Assembly: GCA_964349715.1 (NCBI GenBank)
Contig: CAYGHR010000004.1
Coordinates: 1-45,152, forward strand
Direction: 5' to 3'
From: an uncultured Peptococcaceae bacterium
GTDB taxonomy: Bacteria; Bacillota; UBA994
DNA: 45,152 nt
The translations under genes and the position numbers were made by a program. Positions 41,143-45,152 of the stretch are shown piece by piece; within the stretch, counting starts at the first letter, position 1; each line of letters begins with the position of its first letter. The notes below the pieces were generated by a model. It searched no databases and was not told the origin of the DNA. It saw only the letters and a program-made list of their open reading frames with translations.

Positions 41143-42206
41143 TAACTGACACCCCCTAACACTTTTACACATTCAGCGCCGATTTCCTCGGGCGTCGGCA
41201 CCATGCCGCCCATGCGGCCGTAGAAGTGAACCGGCTTCGCACCGTTAACCACCAGCTGTACATCCTCAACCATCTGGCCTGCGCTCATTTCCACAGTCAG
41301 CAGAGCCTTAACGTGGGGCACGAGCTGGTTTAACTCATTCGTCGGAAACGGCCAAAGCGAAATGGGTCGAAACAACCCTACCTTAAAGCCGGCTTGCCGG
41401 AGACTCATCACCGCCGTCTTAGCTATGCGGGCGGTAGAACCGTAAGCAACTATAACTACATCGGCATCCGCGCAGTACAGCACGTCGGCCCTTTGTTCAT
41501 CTCTCTTAATGCGCGCGTATTTCTCTTGCAGGTGTAGATTGTGCTTCTCTAGTCCCGGCGCGTCTAGCACCAGCGAGTTAATGATGTTCTTGTGCGGGTG
41601 GTGGCGCGTACCAGTGGTAGCCCACGTCTTTGGCGGCAGCTCCCGGCCGGCTAGCTTACGAAACTCAACGGGCTCCATCATCTGCCCGAGCAAGCCATCG
41701 CCTAGGATGAGCACGGGGTTGCGGTAGAAATCCGCCAAATCAAAGGCCTCCGTCACTAGGTCAACCGCCTCCTGCAAATTGGCGGGCGCCAACACAATCA
41801 GCCTATAGTCCCCGTGACCTCCTCCCTTGACCGCCTGAAAGTAGTCGCCTTGGCTGGGCTGAATGCTGCCGAGCCCGGGCCCTCCACGTACGATATTGAC
41901 AATTACGGCGGGCAATTCCGCTCCCGCTAGATAGGAGATTCCTTCCTGCTTTAGGCTAATACCGGGGCTAGACGACGAAGTCATCACGCGCGCACCGGCC
42001 CCGGCGGCGCCGTACACCATGTTGATGGCGGCGACTTCGCTCTCTGCTTGCAGGAAGGTACCCTCTACTTGCGGCATGCGACGCGACATATACTCCGGCA
42101 ACTCGTTCTGCGGCGTAATGGGGTATCCGAAGAAGAAGCGGCACCCAGCCTGAATAGCGGCCTCCCCAATCGCCTCGTTGCCTTTCATTAAGACACGTTC
42201 ACCCAT
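41142..42206 (-). CDS. 2-oxoacid:ferredoxin oxidoreductase, alpha subunit
   Basis: GNEA...AA..AG......YPITP.. and later T.SS.PG.SL motifs. Start at ATG 42206 after SD GATAGGAGG. Confidence 0.9.
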   Translation of the reverse strand: MGERVLMKGNEAIGEAAIQAGCRFFFGYPITPQNELPEYMSRRMPQVEGTFLQAESEVAAINMVYGAAGAGARVMTSSSSPGISLKQEGISYLAGAELPAVIVNIVRGGPGLGSIQPSQGDYFQAVKGGGHGDYRLIVLAPANLQEAVDLVTEAFDLADFYRNPVLILGDGLLGQMMEPVEFRKLAGRELPPKTWATTGTRHHPHKNIINSLVLDAPGLEKHNLHLQEKYARIKRDEQRADVLYCADADVVIVAYGSTARIAKTAVMSLRQAGFKVGLFRPISLWPFPTNELNQLVPHVKALLTVEMSAGQMVEDVQLVVNGAKPVHFYGRMGGMVPTPEEIGAECVKVLGGVS

Positions 42207-42216
42207 GCGAAACCTC

Positions 42217-42420
42217 CTATCTCTCCACTTCAATCACGGCATCAGGACATATGCGGGCACAGGCCGCGCACGCGATGCATTTCTGCATCTCCGTTACCAT
42301 CGCCGGGCGAAACCCGCGGCGGTTAATCCTGTCTGCCATGACGACAATCTTGACCGGACATACTGCGGTGCAGAGCTCACATCCCTTGCACCTTTCTTCG
42401 TTGAAAGTAACTTTTGCCAA
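42217..42420 (-). CDS. 2-oxoacid:ferredoxin oxidoreductase, delta subunit (2x[4Fe-4S] ferredoxin)
   Basis: 67 aa with two CxxCxxCxxxCP motifs (CKGCELCTAVCP, CIACAACARICP). TTG start after SD TAGGAGG. Confidence 0.88.
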   Translation of the reverse strand: MAKVTFNEERCKGCELCTAVCPVKIVVMADRINRRGFRPAMVTEMQKCIACAACARICPDAVIEVER

Positions 42421-42432
42421 AGCCTAGACCTC

Positions 42433-43161
42433 CTATTCTAATGAATCCCCGTGTTTAGGGGGATTCATCTCATCCCGCCACGGCGGGCGCATGGTGAGTA
42501 GTAGAGGAAGTACGACGCATTGTGGCCACATGGCCCTCACCTCGGGCACAAGCGACGGCACACAGCTAACAAACGCTGTAGGTATACCCATTTGTGCGCG
42601 CAGTTCATCTAACAGCTGCTGTCCTCGTTCAAGGTGACTAAGGTCTGTGAACTGCATAACGTTAGCGTTATTTATGAAGGCCGTAATCTTAAGCCTCGAC
42701 TTCTGTTCAATCAAGTTGAGTAGCCCTAAGACTTCGTGCGCCGTCCTAGTGTGCGGCCGGTAGGGGTTTACAACCATAAAGACGTCGTGTGGTTCGAGCG
42801 CTAGGTCGCGGCTGAAGCGGCCAAGCGCGGTTGCGCCGGCGGGGTCGCCGCCCACATCAATTACCACCCGATTCTCACGCCGCAAGATACTGCCGCTGAC
42901 GGCAGCGGGTAGCGCGGGCAAGTCAGCGTGGCGCACCCAAGCGGCGGGAGCCACCACTTGCACTCCGCGCGCCTTGAGTTCCGTCAGCTTGTCGCGGCTG
43001 CGAAAATAGGGATTGACAATGTCGAGGTCGATTAGCTCGACTGGGGTAACCGCATCGCTCTTTGTGCGCTTGTGCAAGCTCAGGTTAATGGCGACTTCCG
43101 TCTTTCCACTACCGTAGCCTCCCACGATAACTGAAACCCGGTTGAGGGCGGGTTCACTCAT
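42433..43161 (-). CDS. uncharacterised P-loop NTPase (Walker A GGYGSGKT)
   Basis: About 242 aa from ATG 43161, which overlaps the buk stop (ATGAGTGA). Walker A VIVGGYGSGKTE, an IDLDIVNPYF segment, and a Walker-B-like VVIDVGGD. I cannot assign it to a characterised family. Confidence 0.7.
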   Translation of the reverse strand: MSEPALNRVSVIVGGYGSGKTEVAINLSLHKRTKSDAVTPVELIDLDIVNPYFRSRDKLTELKARGVQVVAPAAWVRHADLPALPAAVSGSILRRENRVVIDVGGDPAGATALGRFSRDLALEPHDVFMVVNPYRPHTRTAHEVLGLLNLIEQKSRLKITAFINNANVMQFTDLSHLERGQQLLDELRAQMGIPTAFVSCVPSLVPEVRAMWPQCVVLPLLLTMRPPWRDEMNPPKHGDSLE

Positions 43162-44230
43162 AAGCCTTGGCAGTCTCCTCCCCCCGCAGTACACGGAGTC
43201 CTCCTGCGCACAGAGCCGTCATCTCCCCCTCGCCCGGCATTACTTCTACGGGCGCAATAAACGAGACGGCCTCCGCAATCCACGGTACCAGATAGGTTTG
43301 GTCGTAAGCTAGTCCGCCCGTAAGAATGATGGCGTCGACCTTGCCAGAAAGCACGGCCGCCATGGCCCCGATTTCTTTGGCTACCTGATACGCCAAAGCT
43401 CTGAAAACCAGCCCCGCATAGTTATCGCCGGCTTCCATGCGGCGCCTTGCTTCGCGTCCGTCGTTAGTGCCAAGGTAAGCGACGAGTCCGCCCTGCCCTG
43501 TAAGCATCTTCTTGATGTCGTCATGGCTGTACTTGCCGCTAAAGCATAGCCGCGCGAGGTCGCCGGATGGTAGGCCGCCGCTGCGCTCTGGCGAGAAGGG
43601 GCCTTCCCCATCTAGCGCGTTATTTACGTCCACAACCTTGCCGCGCCGATGCGCCCCGACAGATACGCCGCCACCAAGGTGCGCTACGATAACATTGAGT
43701 TCTCTGTAGTCTTTCCCCTGCGCCAGAGCATAGCGCTTGGCTACCGCCTTTTGGTTGAGGGCGTGGAATATGCTGCGGCGCTCGATCTGTGGGTGACCGG
43801 AGAGGCGTGCCACCGGTTCCAGTTCGTCAACGACCACGGGGTCGACAATAAAGGCCGGTGTCCCTAAAGCGTCCGCGAGGTCGCGCGCCAAGAGTCCCCC
43901 TAAGTTGCTGGCATGCTCCCCCCGTTTGGCCTCCTGCAGGTCGCGCACCATAGCGTCGGTGACTTGGTAAGTGCCGCTAGGAATAGGCTTCAGGAGCCCT
44001 CCCCTGCCCACAACCGCATCAAGCCGCCCTATGTCAAAACCGCGAGCGGCGAGAAAATCGGTGATCACTTGCCGCCGAAAGCTGTACTGCTCGCCGATGC
44101 GCGCAAACTTAGCCAGCTCTGTCGTGCTGTGCGTCAGCGACTCGTCTAGGAGTAACTCGTCATCCTCAAAGACCGAGATTTTAGTCGAGGTTGACCCGGG
44201 ATTGATACAAAGCTGCAGATACTTCTTCAT
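43154..44230 (-). CDS. buk: butyrate (branched-chain acyl) kinase
   Basis: INPGSTSTK N-terminal ASKHA motif and later HLGGG.S. Start at ATG 44230 after SD GGAGGAGAGG, forming an ATGA overlap with the ptb stop. Confidence 0.92.
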   Translation of the reverse strand: MKKYLQLCINPGSTSTKISVFEDDELLLDESLTHSTTELAKFARIGEQYSFRRQVITDFLAARGFDIGRLDAVVGRGGLLKPIPSGTYQVTDAMVRDLQEAKRGEHASNLGGLLARDLADALGTPAFIVDPVVVDELEPVARLSGHPQIERRSIFHALNQKAVAKRYALAQGKDYRELNVIVAHLGGGVSVGAHRRGKVVDVNNALDGEGPFSPERSGGLPSGDLARLCFSGKYSHDDIKKMLTGQGGLVAYLGTNDGREARRRMEAGDNYAGLVFRALAYQVAKEIGAMAAVLSGKVDAIILTGGLAYDQTYLVPWIAEAVSFIAPVEVMPGEGEMTALCAGGLRVLRGEETAKAYE

Positions 44231-45135
44231 CGCGCCTCTCCTCCTGCCACCACAGAGGCGCAAGCGATAGAGAGAAGCTTAGCTTCCGGGCTGTCAGAGC
44301 GTGAAGTTAGCACAATGGGAGCAGCTGCGCCGGCGATAAGCCCGGCTACCTTGGCCCCCGCCAGATAAACCAGTGTCTTATAGAGAATGTTCCCGGCCTC
44401 GATATCCGGCATAAGCAGTATGTCAACATCCCCCGCCACGTCTGACTTAATCCCCTTATGTGCGGCGGCTTCCGCACTGATTGCACCGTCAAAGGCTATC
44501 GGACCGCTGACAATGCAATTGGCAATTTCCCCGCGGTGAGCCATCTCTGCCAGCTCCGCAGCATCTAAAGTAGCCTGCATCTTGGGATTCACGACCTCAA
44601 CCGCGCAGATGGGCGCGGCTTTCGGTAACGTTACGCCAAGAGCGCGTGCGACTTGCACGGCGTTCTGCAGAATCTCTGCCTTCTGACGTACATCCGGAGC
44701 GATGTTTTGCCCCCCGTCGGTAAGGAACAGCAACTTGTGATACGTTGGCACTTCCAAGACGGCAACATGGCTGAGTACTCTACCGGTCCTGAGCCCCTGC
44801 TCTTTGTCAAGCACCGCCCGGAGAATATCAGCTGTGCTGATTAACCCCTTCATCAGCATATGCGCCCGTCCCTGACGCACTAGTTGCACTGCCGTACGCG
44901 CCGCTTCCAGATTGTCCGCCACGTCACATACTTCCATGCCGGCTAAGTCGTATCCGTGTTCTCGGGCGATAGCGTGAATCTTCGCGGCGTCACCGACGAG
45001 TACAACTTCGGCGATTCCTGCCTTACGCGCGTCACACACCGCAGCCAACACGTCCGCATCGGCCGCCACTGCCACCGCCACACGGCGACTCGGCCCCTGT
45101 TTGGCGGCAGCCAGAATCGCAGAAAAATTCTTCAA
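44227..45135 (-). CDS. ptb: phosphate butyryltransferase (phosphotransacylase)
   Basis: 302 aa with the PTA/PTB family pattern (V.....D..VL.A....K.GI; D.G.NI.P; D.EAGN..YK; SR.DS). TTG start after SD AGAGGAGGTG. Confidence 0.9.
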   Translation of the reverse strand: MKNFSAILAAAKQGPSRRVAVAVAADADVLAAVCDARKAGIAEVVLVGDAAKIHAIAREHGYDLAGMEVCDVADNLEAARTAVQLVRQGRAHMLMKGLISTADILRAVLDKEQGLRTGRVLSHVAVLEVPTYHKLLFLTDGGQNIAPDVRQKAEILQNAVQVARALGVTLPKAAPICAVEVVNPKMQATLDAAELAEMAHRGEIANCIVSGPIAFDGAISAEAAAHKGIKSDVAGDVDILLMPDIEAGNILYKTLVYLAGAKVAGLIAGAAAPIVLTSRSDSPEAKLLSIACASVVAGGEAR

Positions 45136-45152
45136 TAAGGGACACCTCCTCT

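Overview
GC-rich chromosomal core segment of an endospore-forming Firmicute. The gene content looks Clostridia-like: an IspH-S1 fusion, DUF512 next to der, and a spoVA operon with only spoVAC/D/E. The left edge carries three tRNA genes on the + strand (Gln partial, Lys, Leu) ending in a terminator. The rest of the window, about 56 CDS plus a stand-alone tRNA-Pro, lies on the - strand. These genes are tightly packed, and many neighbours have 1-4 nt start/stop overlaps. About 15 genes are recognisable sporulation genes: spoIVA, spoIIP, dacB-spmA-spmB, ytfI-ytfJ, spoVAC/D/E, dacF-spoIIAA-spoIIAB-sigF and spoIIM. They are interleaved with housekeeping genes: ndk, galU, gpsA, der, ispH-S1, plsC, cmk, rluB, dapB, scpAB, pdp, deoB, xerD and ddl. 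The right end holds a ptb-buk-(P-loop)-2-oxoacid:ferredoxin oxidoreductase operon. I saw no mobile elements, CRISPR arrays, prophage or defence-type genes, and no obvious compositional island, so this reads as core genome rather than an accessory region. I cannot point to a convincing new multi-gene system. The best leads are genes of unknown function embedded in conserved operons: a coupled DUF3189-like pair plus a PDZ/radical-SAM-like DUF512 gene, an uncharacterised P-loop NTPase inside the ptb-buk-OFOR operon, an in-frame AroH chorismate mutase-cytidylate kinase fusion, and an unlisted 58-aa membrane ORF plus dodecin inserted between sigF and spoVA. Several starts in the ORF track look over-extended. 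I re-placed them using Shine-Dalgarno motifs and known N-termini. All family assignments come from reading motifs by eye, not from searches.
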